DNA of 64,000 bases from Catajapyx aquilonaris (lineage: Eukaryota), in NCBI GenBank assembly GCA_000934665.2, contig KZ538516.1, positions 1 through 64,000 of the forward strand, given 5' to 3'. The notes beneath the pieces are model-generated. The model was not told the origin of the DNA. It did no database searches and worked only from the letters and a program-made list of their open reading frames with translations. The position numbers and the translations under genes are program-made. Of the stretch, positions 53,501 to 63,999 are shown piece after piece (position 1 is the first letter of the stretch; the number at the start of each line of letters is the position of its first letter).

Positions 53501-53866
53501 ATGTCGCATTCCCAGTTCCTCCGCAAGCAGGTCCAGTCATCAGAGTGCAGCCTCCCAGTCAACCAGCAACCCTCCAGCTTCGAGCAGTGGGTATACATGG
53601 AGCCGAAGGAGGCCGAAAATGGGACGAATGGGACGGATGAGGATGAAGGCAATGGGGTCGTCTACTCCACCACCATGACCCTACCGCAGAAGACTGTCAC
53701 CCAGATAGTGCTGGACCCAGATCAGGGGAACTTCACTCTCAATGACAACACACCAGTCCCGAAGACAGTCTTCATATCAAACCTACAGCTGAGCAGTGCG
53801 GTAGGATCAACTCAGACCACGACATCTGATTCGTCTGTTCCAAAACTAGAGCCACCTATGAAGTGA
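50600..53866 (+). CDS. Transmembrane PDZ-domain protein, giant coding exon 7 (acidic, Ser/Thr/Lys-rich, probably disordered tail)
   Basis: TTTTTCAG acceptor in phase 0 matching exon 6; 3267-nt uninterrupted frame to TGA; joined CDS 4038 nt, ~1345 aa. Confidence 0.93.
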   Translation: MRKAKRGHYFGGLHQMRRGSSQLSSPREEGSGSMNKASPTTHSKMSTLESPVSIENRNKSGMDETDHKPVRLQETLPKIAPIETVVAVKREAKGITEDVKNTVESADSIEVEVSNEEPVEEEKNGKSKFARFGVKVLPDFKKKSKENEKSSETIEEKKTEGAVSASHQEEPTKKFIQKTNFGFKIGISGNDKSEGQKESQTKSKSASDSEAEEKYHTASESPFEVRKDSVDNAPKSTEESSGNTSPEGKPKKGETFVTKGLKSLKGLRDKIQGEPQRKKHDSSSSKEDEEGTFPKQHDGNSDESPVAENLPSKNQKDCESTSQQKEKESSDTPEERDFSLQSEADGLAEKNVPMELPEEILKAATAAKENRKPVREGKEKKNTVKSLPAKEVAPKSDSSSEDDSGKKMSMQEHPRNPQKRTPKKKAPPPPLDRKSSTEEELPGEKANPEGVNMVDVTPQVVTIVAMEKKCPEEGKPTSKQSESYVSSDSESDSETPTSKQGGNTVELSPTQVTVHHGNDDEFHPKKDVVSLPESAEEIQTSPHTTPKKPPRADENGRKAASLGDLTKLEEEPKAALLLERAVSMDLVQADQHPSCKKRKAPLPPSEDLSVIDEGGFSPKEPRLETERFGGGLKKSSNWGTLEDALKDSSPSDAPTKEDGDMEEETSRLTPTESCRTVVMITQDEVTSTTDPDSDPQPRVQSPVVSSSNSGVSIHIGPSFGDAHIDSTVPEQEEVDTNYSMSSSESDTLQARTPIDINDISLDFSLEVDGVDVPPALPTSPVPVAAVVEFPAESEAFSTTTTATTTTTTTTTTTTIIHSNNELDAHPMVTEIQVLSEERERENSIAESEVSFVTARHISVEDDGFVTADEFQRKASNASSTDSESQVELTQTSQLKNITVMSVTTKESDAPMTYLGHDTKARHLQTTSDANSDALFHTEVILTSDSNANGDDSKEVLEITPVELDSVMMSHSQFLRKQVQSSECSLPVNQQPSSFEQWVYMEPKEAENGTNGTDEDEGNGVVYSTTMTLPQKTVTQIVLDPDQGNFTLNDNTPVPKTVFISNLQLSSAVGSTQTTTSDSSVPKLEPPMK
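52991..53041 (+). repeat. Coding (ACC)n microsatellite encoding poly-Thr
   Basis: TTTTATTTTTTTTTTTT in the translation. Confidence 0.9.
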
Positions 53867-56182
53867 GTTGAGGACGCTTGCATTTCCAAATGTGCCATTC
53901 AGTGAACAAGTTAGTGTGCGTGAACTGGTGCCAACTGAGATCAAAGGAAAGTCTTCCGGCATGTAAGCACATGAAAGGTTGATGCCAAAACAGTAGTGTG
54001 TATAATATTATTCTTGCACTGTTTTTACTACGCAAATATATGATACCCTCATATTATTGGCACCCCCCCTCCCCCCCCCCNCCCCCCAAATGTCCTGCTC
54101 CAACTGAACTTGCACTTCTGACATGCAATGCCTATTCGAAGCATCTGACAATCTCGAGCACAATACTCCCACCGGTTTAGTTTCCCACCCTGTGCATTGC
54201 ATAACAAGATATACAGAGTGGTCAGAAAGACACACCATGTGATCCGTTGCTCAATTTCTTGTCGAGTTTTACAATCCCAATATAAGGAAGTCGCCTACTA
54301 GTCGATTTTTGATATGACGCTCTATTAGTTACAGGTAGGCTGTAATACAACTTCACACCAATCATTCCATTGTTGTAATGTTCCTGAGTAAGCTTATCAG
54401 AGATTGTCAGGTACTATTAATGTGTAGCTCTATTATCTGTTGTAGTAACATTCACTTTAGCATAAATTAGTATGATGTAAACTATAGCCAAGTGTTGCAG
54501 TGAAAAAGAAACCCACTTGATAAAATAAAAGTTGACTAGCACAGGTGACTTCGAATTTGCCCGAGAATCACATTATACACGTCGATCATGAGTGACTTTT
54601 TGAGCACCCTGTATTTATCCCAATTTTTGTTTTTGGCATATTCATATTTCTAAAGATCAGTATTGACCGAAGTTCTTCTGTGCATGGAAAAATTCTTGTT
54701 CTAGTTATGTCTCTTTAAAGTTTGGTCCCGTACCCTGAGAAATTGCTCAACATTATATGCAGAAAATAAAGTTGTAAATTGACCAGGATTTTTGTAGTGC
54801 ACTAACGAACATTAGAATAATGTAGTGTGAAGTGAATGACTACATGTTGGTTGAAAGCACATGCATGCACATTCCCAGCAGGCACTGCTTTTGTGTAAAA
54901 CCTGAAGTATAAAAAAAGAGAGAGAAAGGATGAATTGTCACATTGTAAAATACGTAGTTGAATCAGGTGTTAGTGTACAAACAAGTGGAACTGAATGGTT
55001 ATTTTTAGTGGGCTTGTAAGCACTTGGTTTTGGTTTTGTGCCTACAAATGGTTCACAGAGTTAGATGTGCAAATTACTGTCATGCAAATTCTATTTATTC
55101 TTCTTTCCAGTAAGAAGTACTTAACTTGGTGATAGGTTCATTAAATTACTAAAAAAACTCTTCCCTAAACATAAGAGAAATATGGTTATTTTTTACAATT
55201 TCCTCACTGTAAAGATTACAATTTACGTCAATAAAAACCGTTTAATGTTTGTAACAGAGCACAATCACATATTTCCAGAAGACTACCTTATTCCCGTACC
55301 AATTACAGGAACTATGTTACCAAGTAGGATTATGATTTCAATTCCAATACACAATTTTCCAAGTTCCTTCTGACTTGGTGTGTGAGAAAGGGGTATGAAA
55401 TATATAAACCATAAAAGTTTGTCCTACAGTTGAGACAAAATATTTGGCAAGTAACGCATTCCAAATTGTAACTGTGGAAATCAAAGGGACCATATTATTT
55501 AAGCTTCGAATGCTATATTGCATACTTCTTTCATGACGTCTCCTACATCTGAAACGACTCAGCATACGTGAACCAGCACCAAGCTTGCAAAAGTGGTATC
55601 TTTGTCCAAACCAAGTCCATTGTGTGCATCATGATTTGTATGGGAGCAACAAGATCTCAACTGTGACTGATAATTTTTATCCCTCCTAATGCCTGATCAA
55701 CCATGAAAGAGAATACAGGTAAACATGGCGTGTAAATGCTGCCCAAATGCTGCCCCAATAATAGACGTTAGGGTAGTACTTTACCACTACATTTTGCTCT
55801 TTTTGCTTCCAGTTATTGAAAATGGGCACTTTTCAGCTGGGAGTGATTGTGGAAGGGGTGGAAGCTATTTCTCACAGTTCTGTCCCTGTTGTTCTGATAC
55901 AGTTATAACATACAAGGCGGTGCACTGTCCAAGTTAATGATCCAAGATGGAGGCATGTGGCTGGTGTGACGGATTGGTCTCTCCTGGCCTGTGCTCCTGG
56001 CAATGTAAACGAATTCCATAAATGATTCTACATAAAAGAGGTAAACTAAGCCCCAGACCAACAAAAACCATGAGTGGGTGACTGCCACCACGGGTGGCCA
56101 ATCCATCACCTCGGCCATTTCCTGCCATTTGGTATTGGATCGTTAACTTAGGAGTACACCAACCTGTAAAAAAAAATACTCA

Positions 56183-56320
56183 TAATAATAATAATAGGTC
56201 ACCATATGATAGCCTTGCAGCCCCTTAGGTGCTTAAGGGATCCTGTTTTAAATAGCTGACTTAATGCACTGTTGTAGCATTTTGATAGTGGGAGGAAACA
56301 GGAGAACTCCAAAACAACCT
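56183..56320 (-). mobile_element. Decayed 3' part of a family-A-related SINE
   Basis: (TAA)n tail, degenerate GATAGCCTT...CTTAAGGGATC tail and ATAGTGGGAGGAAACAGGAG core, as in 5732-6067. Confidence 0.55.
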
Positions 56321-56333
56321 TCGGAAAATGTCA

Positions 56334-56462
56334 CTATAGATGGGTCGGCGAACGAACGCAAGCAGATGGCCAATTTTATGACAGGTCGGAATACAGTTTG
56401 TAATGTAATTCCTGTAATAAAATTGGGCACCCGCTTGCGTTCGTTCACCGACCCATCTATAG
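56334..56462. mobile_element. Palindromic MITE
   Basis: ~50-bp imperfect arms CTATAGATGGGTCGGCGAACGAACGCAAGC... / ...GCTTGCGTTCGTTCACCGACCCATCTATAG; TATA at both ends. Confidence 0.8.
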
Positions 56463-56966
56463 CAGTACGATGCGATTCATGTCCAACACTGTACTGCAGT
56501 TCTTCGCATTGAAGGGAAAGGAGCCCTCAGAACAAGATGACCCTCAACCTGGAACCTTCCATTAAATTCCAGGTGTGTAATAAATAATGTTTCAAATATT
56601 TGGCATTAAAAACAGCAATATTAGTAACTTAGCTGTCCATGGCTTATCTCTAAATAGGGGTGCCACAGATAATGAACCGCAAGACTAACTTCGTTATATC
56701 ACATGGCCACATACATAAACTCTGAAATACTGGTCACATGCTTGCAGAGGAAAGGTGGGAAAGGGATTTAAATGTTATAGAACAACAGCTAACACTGCTG
56801 TCCCTGGTCACACTGCCATGCAGATGACAATGAAGAGCAGCCAAGCCTTCTCATGCTTGAACAATGTGCTGGCTGCTGACAGACTGCGCTTTTTCAGCAT
56901 CGGAAAAAAGTAAGATATTTCCAACAAAGAGGAGTTGCAATCATTACGACAAAATTTAGCCAATGC

Positions 56967-57234
56967 GGGCGACTCGGTGGCCGAGTGGTTAGCGCCGCAG
57001 CCTTCCACCTCTAAGGTCCCGAGTTCGATCCCCGGGTCGGACGGAGGATACTTATGTGGATAGAGGTTTGATGGGTTCTCTCCGTGTTCGCGTGGGTTTT
57101 CTCGGGGCTCTCCCGTTTCCTCCCACTATCAAAATCCATCACATTACAGGCAAATGATTAAAGCCGGTCTATTAAAAGATGATCCCCTAAAAAGCCCAAG
57201 GAGGCTTATCACGGGGTATCCATTATTATTTTAA
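56967..57234 (+). mobile_element. tRNA-derived SINE, family A, full length
   Basis: A box TGGCCGAGTGG 56978-56988; B box GTTCGATCC 57023-57031; V/Meta-like core; (ATT)n tail; perfect 16-bp TSD AAAATTTAGCCAATGC (56951-56966, 57235-57250). Confidence 0.92.
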
Positions 57235-57770
57235 AAAATTTAGCCAATGCCGGTCCCTTTGGCCATTCACAAACTTGATTTGCAACAAAAGACTGCTGAG
57301 CTTGACTGATTTCAGCATGGAGTCCAAACCTCAGAAGTAGACTATTTCCCACCCAAATAATAACAAAATGGATTCGTCATTTTTTATTAACAACCAATTT
57401 AACAATTATCAACTGTACAGTTAGGAGCACAACAATTTTAAGATGGTGTGCATGTGTTGCTCAACAGGGTAGGCCTTTCAAGAGACTAGGGTGTTTTTTT
57501 TCGTCCACTTGCAGGGCTCTGTAGGTTTCAGTGATATTACAAATGTACATGCATGTTTCATGAGTTCACATCCATATCAGTAAAACCCTACTGACACTAA
57601 TTTCTGCTCACTTCTGTTGCCTCACCAGCAATAATTTTGGCGGTGAGTTACACACATCATTCGAAAAGCCCATGTAATGAGATTTTCAATGGTATGTATG
57701 ATTCCACTCAAAACATGAAGGGGAGGTCACAGGGGCTACTGGAAATTAGTGCCCTGAAATGGACGAGAGC

Positions 57771-58370
57771 CAGGGCCGGATTTAGATGAAGAGAGGCCCA
57801 AGACTATGTCCACTTGTGAGGCCCTTCCCAACAATACCCCCCCCCCCCCCNCTGAGAAACCTAGGTTATTATCCCAAAATCGGCAAAAATCACTAATGTA
57901 TTAAGGATTTTTTGGAAAAAGTGCTACCAATTTCATCAAATACATTACAGCACTGTATCTCATATTGGATTTTTAATGAACGCAAATACAGGGGCCTAGG
58001 CAGAAAAAAATTCGGGAAGGGATCCATAAACCATAACTTAGGTCGGGGAGCAAGCCCGCCGCAGGCGAAATTTTTTGGGGTTCAATGTCATATGACCTTA
58101 GATGAATGTGGGAGATTTGAATGGGTGTGAAAAAGAATGGAGGTGACCGCCTCCGGCTCCCATACTTCCAACGGTGGGGAGTGAGTTATAACAATATGTG
58201 TAAGATGAGCTTGTCGGTTGAAATGATTGTGTAGAAGTGTTGGTCTGCACAGTGGCCGTTGCTGCAGGCCAACCAAAACAACAACAACAAAAAACACCTT
58301 GGCCGGAGGCCCCCTAGCCTTCGAGGCCCTAGGCTGCAGCCTACCTTGCCTAATGGTAAATCCGGCCCTG
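57771..58370. mobile_element. hAT-type MITE (600 bp)
   Basis: 14-bp TIR CAGGGCCGGATTTA / TAAATCCGGCCCTG; perfect 8-bp TSD ACGAGAGC; subterminal GAGGCCC repeats. Confidence 0.93.
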
Positions 58371-58744
58371 ACGAGAGCTAATATAATTGTTAAAGCACAC
58401 AGTATACCTTTTCAGAAACTAGCTTATGTCCTGGTAGCATTATAAGTATACCCAGTCTCAGAGCAGCGCTCGACACAGTTGTTGAAGCTCCTGGGGAAAG
58501 GGTTCCTAGGTATCACCAATTGCAAGTTCATAAGGTGAACAGGTCGCCGGTGCCGCATTTGCAAAGTCTAGGACCAGACATCCGTATAGGAGGAGCAGAA
58601 AGGGTCTGGATGTGCAGGGGCAGTTAACTAAAGAGTTTCTCTCCCTGGAGTGGGGGGTGCCAGGTGATAATGTCTCACCTTCTTCTCTCTCCCCCCCCCN
58701 NNNNNNNNNNNNNNNNNNNNNNNNNNCCCCAAGAAAATTTTAAA

Positions 58745-58882
58745 TAATGCACAATCTTTTTGTAAAGAACCAAGTGTATAAAACTGAAGTGTAACTTTAA
58801 ATTATTGTCACACAAAAAATCCACATAAACATAAACATCTTTAGGCGTATGATTTCTTTTAGTTCTTAACCTCCATGATCTT
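58745..58882 (-). pseudogene. Decayed tandem duplicate of the CRIPT C-terminal codons and proximal 3' UTR
   Basis: 58882->58841 reads K I M E V K N * K K S Y A * versus the real K L M E V K N Y K Q S S A *; offset 139 nt; flanking UTR also aligns. Confidence 0.75.
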
Positions 58883-58979
58883 CAATTATGCACAATGAAA
58901 TAATCATTATGTTGTACATAACCAAGTGTGCGTATGTATAACTTTAAATTGTCACAAAAATAATCCACATAAAATTACT

Positions 58980-59282
58980 TCAGGCAGACGACTGCTTGTA
59001 GTTCTTAACCTCCATGAGCTTCTTTCCACACATGGCACAGATCCCCTTTTTGTATGCACATGCCTGGCAGTAATGGGAACCAACTTGGTGAACCTTCTGA
59101 CGGCATATTCGACACTCGTTGAACTTGTTGGTGTAAGGGTTGAAACGTGCCTTCTTAGATGTCAGAAGCTTGTTCTCGTTGACTTTCCGACCACCACTCT
59201 CGACGGTGTTGCGAGCCCCTGCCTTCCACGGGTCAGGTGTTATTACACGACCGAGCTTCTTCTCACACTTCTCACAGACCAT
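58980..59282 (-). CDS. CRIPT: Cysteine-rich PDZ-binding protein (100 aa), intronless CDS
   Basis: MVCEKCEKKLGRVITPDPWK...ESGGRKVNENKLL...CRIC...GSHYCQACAYKKGICAMCGKK...YKQSSA is the CRIPT signature; splice acceptor 9 nt upstream of the ATG (AG at 59293-59292). Confidence 0.98.
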   Translation of the reverse strand: MVCEKCEKKLGRVITPDPWKAGARNTVESGGRKVNENKLLTSKKARFNPYTNKFNECRICRQKVHQVGSHYCQACAYKKGICAMCGKKLMEVKNYKQSSA

Positions 59283-61623
59283 GGTTAGAAGCTGTAAGAG
59301 TGGATATTAGAAAATCAATTAGCAACAAGTCATTGCAAACATTCTGCACAAAAAAGGCAATTATTAATGTTTCACATCAATGAGGTTCAGCAAATAAAGT
59401 TACATACATAAAAAACCTGCAAATTTACATGGTAGATTCAGTTATAGGAATGGGCCCACTAATATTTCTGAGGGAAAAAATGTTGATATCAAACGTCACA
59501 TTCTCATTACGTGTGTATGGATGTGCCAAGGAGTACCTTAAAAAATACTCCCCATTCCTTATTACCCTTGCACTATGTAGTCCCAGGGTAACCTCCATGA
59601 GTGCCTCCCCCACCTAGACAGGGTATTGTATCTCTGACATATTGGATCTAACTCCCATTGGATCTGCATGCAGTGAAAAAATGTCCTTGACAAAAAAAAT
59701 TGGACGTTTGCCAATTTCCTATCCTTCAGCATGCAATCTAGCTCCAATATGGCCACCCCATAAGGACTACGTGGAGACAATACCCTGGCTAGGGTGGGGG
59801 GAGGCAACCATGTAGGGGACCCTGTGTAGTCCCCCTTCTGTGTTGGATGAAACTGCAGCTGAATTGGTCAAGAAAACACACCTTATTGAAATGAAAGTTA
59901 AATCTGTCAAATGCATCTGACGTCACCTATGAACTTCAGTTCTTTTCATTTTTCAAAAGTTGTGGCATTTCACTTCTGCTTTTGAATGCAGTTGCTTTTC
60001 CAAGTTTCATCATGTGTGGAGGATGGTTAAAATCACAATAATGTCCGCAGATGGGAAAATAGTCAAACAACACTTTCCAGGTTTTCTCCAAAATTCAAGG
60101 CGTCGGTCAATCAAGTGAATCTTGGGTCACTCACGTGCATTTAGAAGCTGAATCCCCATATAAATCACACAAAATCTGGAGTGAATCTCCTAAGGTTTTG
60201 TCAGAAACTGTGACCCCCTCCCCTAACTTATTCAATTACCATCATAAAAAATGATCATATTGCAAGCCAATCTAATAAGATTTTATCAACCTAACATCTT
60301 TTGGAGGGTGGATGATAAACTTCACCCTATCCCCAAACGACTTGGATTTTTCTTCAGTAATTTCAATTATGGTGATTGTTTTTGAAAATGCTAAAAAGCA
60401 TTCTCAGGAATATTCTGCAAAGTTTCCTACCCACAAATAACTCATTTCCTATATTGTGACTAATTTTGCTATGCTTTATGGGGGTTTGAATGTGGCAATA
60501 CAGATCCACAAAAATTTTCATGCATTGAGAATAATATTTGATCACATTTCAGAATTAACATCAAGTCTTGCTCATATAAATGGATCGTGCATGGATATGC
60601 ATGGATAGTGGATAATGGCAGTGCATAAAAGTACAAATGATTTGGCATGCCAATAATTATAGTTCTTGATCAAAAGAAAACAGGCCATGGGAATTACTGT
60701 TGTAGACACTGGAAATTACTATTGTGGGTCACTCCACCTTTTGTCCCAGAGCGGCTGCGCCAATTGGCGGATCTGTAACACTAAGACAGTGCTAAATTCG
60801 CTCATGTGTAGACCTGTTATGTCTTGACTCCTTTCTATGAGGGATTTAGGAGGCCTACCGAGTAGGAGTATGACTGCACCGTAAGGAAAAAGTCAGCTTG
60901 ATACCCTATTTGTCTCCTGGCTGGTTGTGGTATCCGTATTGATCCATTTTCTTAATCCTATCAACAACTCGAAATACTCTTTTCATGTTTTTGACAGGAA
61001 AATTGAACTCCTCATTGGTAACACACATCTGCATGCAAAATTGGCCCTTCAATATTCAGAAATCATAATGAAGAAAACTTTCGACTCTTGTGTAATATTC
61101 TGAATAATTACAAATGCTCTGTGGAAAGTTTACATGCAAATGTACATTATCGAAACTGCCAAATTCAAACTTCTCATCAAAAATGTAGAGAGAGTTAGTA
61201 GTTGAAATTATTAATGGGATTTTTAAAAAGAGGGAGTGTAGTAGAGGCTGCTGGAAATCATGGGGGTCTATGGGGAAAAAGGGATGACAGGGTGAGTGAA
61301 AGTCAGGAAAGTAACACCTGTTGCAGCAACTCTTGGTCCACGGAAATTCCCCCACTTCTGGGAATCACTAAGGCCCCCTTTACATGTCAGAGGTGACTGT
61401 GGTAGGCGGGGCATCCCAGTTGAACACAAATTAGAGCTTGCTCTATTTCTGTTTGACTGGGATGCTCTCCACTCATGACGGTTGACTGATGGAACACCTG
61501 CACACTGCAAAGTCGCCTCTACAAAGTCGACAATGTAAAGGGGACCTAATAATCCCCAGAGTTTGGACTTGGGATAAGCAATGTCCATGGAAGCAGAAAA
61601 TGAATACTGGGCTTTTATTTATA

Positions 61624-62867
61624 CGAGGGCTGTTCAAAAAAAGACAGAACTTTTTAAATAGCGCAACAACCGGCACATTGCGGCTACTAACAGCACCTAG
61701 CGACATGTCTTGACAACAAATTGCCATTTGCCACGTTCCGATATGACCATTGGTCATTGAGATGCATCCACGTAAGTGAGCACTTGGACAAGCTGTTAGT
61801 TGAATTAGTGAGAAAGTGAAAATGAGAGAGTTTGAAAAATAACGTGTTTGTGTGAAATTTCACTAATAAATTGGTAAAAATTTTACAGACACATTTCAAT
61901 TGCTTTACGAAGCATACTTGGGAGGGGTCTCCTCAACCAAAAGAGGCACATATCAGTCGGTCAAAGGTCGAGGTGATGTTGGTTGTGTTTTTGGATTGGA
62001 AAGGCATTTTTATTTATGAATTTGGACCATGTTGTCAGATTGGAAGACAAACAGTGTTGTACCAGAATGTTTTAGTGCGGTTGAGAGATTCTGTGCCCAG
62101 GAAAGGCCTAAATTGTGGGAAAGCCCGACTTTGATATTGCGCCATGCAGCGCCATGGCAATGCACCGGCTCACACATTGCTCCTCGTCATCATTATCTGT
62201 CAAGACATCATACATCCGTTGTGCCAATCTACCCTATTTCCTGACTTAGCCCCACTAGACTTTTTGCTATATTCAAAACTTAAAACCAATTTGAAATCAC
62301 ATCATTTCCGAACCATAGAGGCGATTTGGGACAATGCGACAAGAGCACTGTGCGCCATCACAGAAAGTGCGTTCTAGAAAGCATTCCAACAATGGAAGAA
62401 AAAACCGAAGCAGATTGGTGTAGTGGATATGGAGTCCGCCTGCTAATCGGGAGGTCCTGGGTTCGAATCCCGGGGCCGGCGACCCTGAGCGTGGTTTTCT
62501 GTGGTTTCCCACGGTCCTTCAGGATATTTCCGACCCCAGAAATATCCTGAAAGGACCGTGGGAAACCACAGAAAACCACGTCTAGTTTCCGTAACAACAG
62601 GCCACAGCCACTTCCTTCCTTCCCTATCCTATCCCAAAAAGCAAAGTAAAATGAAAGCAAAGAGTTCCAGTCAAAGCAAAAATTTCCCCCCTAAAGAGCC
62701 GCCGGCTGATAACGGGGTATGAATTATTATTACAATGGAAGAAAAATTTAAAACTGTACATCGCCAGTAGAGGGAACTAGATTCAAGGGGACAGTGCTTA
62801 AAATGTTGCAAATTAAGCAATATAGTCTGAAATAGAAAAAGTTCAGTCTTTTTTTGAACAGCCCTCT
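61624..62867 (+). mobile_element. Internally deleted, decayed mariner transposon
   Basis: TA|CGAGGGCTGTTCAAAAAAAGACAGAACTTT with matching right TIR AAAGTTCAGTCTTTTTTTGAACAGCCCTC; transposase remnants SRSKVEVMLVVFLDWKG, HGNAPAH (HHDNAPAH) and FPDLAPLDF (YSPDLAPxD) with frameshifts. Confidence 0.92.
62404..62731 (+). mobile_element. tRNA-derived SINE, family B, inserted in the mariner
   Basis: A box TGGTGTAGTGG 62416-62426; B box GTTCGAATCC 62461-62470; GGCCACAGCCACTTCCTTCC motif; (ATT)n tail; 15-bp TSD ACAATGGAAGAAAAA (62389-62403, 62732-62746). Confidence 0.9.
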
Positions 62868-63837
62868 TTGTCAATCATGATAATGGTCTTACATAATACT
62901 ACTGTACTTAACAAGTTTTATACAATAAAAGATTATGAATGAATATGCAGAGGACCAACAGGCAGAGTACTTTTTGGCCCAAAACAAGTCAAATATGTAG
63001 GGGGGAGAAATGTCCAGAGACCAACCCCTGACAAGGAAGACAACCAGACACATTGGCCTGCTCTTACACACTCGGTAACACGCGACAGTTCTTTGTCGGG
63101 AGATCACGTGGCAGATGGACTCACTTGCCTTGCAATGGTTGCCTACGGAACAGGATATCCTCCTGAGACCTGAGAAGAATTTTTTAACGCAATGTGAGTT
63201 CCTATTGCATTTTCTGAACATTTTCCCAATAAGAAACGAGAAAAAAATTTTAGTTTTCAAATATCGACAAAAATGGTGACAAACAACCAATGAGAACATT
63301 AGGACCCAATTGGTGCTACAAAAGCAGAACGGACGAAAGCTGAAAATTTAAATGCCACTTAATGGATCACTCACATTGTGCTCTATCCTCAAAACAATGT
63401 TTTTTAAATTCATTTGTGGAATTTGTGGTAGCAATAATTCCTCTCAGAAGACAATAATTAAAGATAACAACAACAACAACACCATCACGACATTTCCCTA
63501 TAAAGGGGTAGTCAGCGATGACGGGAACCACAAGCTAACCCAAAATATAAACTAAATTAAAAATGGTAAAAATCACCCTATAAACCACCCATATAACCCC
63601 CCCCCCCTGCCCATCTCAGACAACAAACTCTCAATATTATATTTTAAATATAAATATTACACGACTATGCAATGCGGTACTTGAGAAATCCCCCCCCCCG
63701 GAAGAGGAATCAGTAACTGTTAAATTCCTCCAAGTGACTATAATATTCTATAGATTACAGATAAATGAAAATATTTTTGAACGCCACCACTCCAGGGATG
63801 GGGCTTGCTCCTTCCCTTCTTACCCGCTAGAGTGGTA

Positions 63838-63999
63838 CAGTGCTGGCCATATATGGAGGCAACGACTAGCGACATTTTCCCGAAGCGGCAGAAGAAGGAA
63901 TCGAAGATAAGCATGCTACAAGCCGGGCGAGCAAGATTCCTTCTTCTGCCGCTTCGGAAAAATGTCGCTAGTCGTTGCCTCCATATATGGCCAGCACTG
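63838..63999. mobile_element. Tc1/mariner-type hairpin MITE, same family as 4852-5012
   Basis: TA|CAGTGCTGGCC...GGCCAGCACTG|T; ~65-bp arms with a single mismatch; 32-nt spacer is the reverse complement of the spacer at ~4917-4948. Confidence 0.9.

Noticed and set aside
56967..57045. tRNA-like sequences here and at ~5995-6067 and ~62410-62480
   Set aside because: They are SINE heads: no proper acceptor stem, and each continues into a SINE body with a tail and TSD
61296..61478. Peptide LRPPLHVRGDCGRRGIPVEHKLELALFLF, faintly like a Harbinger nuclease N-terminus
   Set aside because: Too short and degenerate, with no TIRs; not supportable without a profile search
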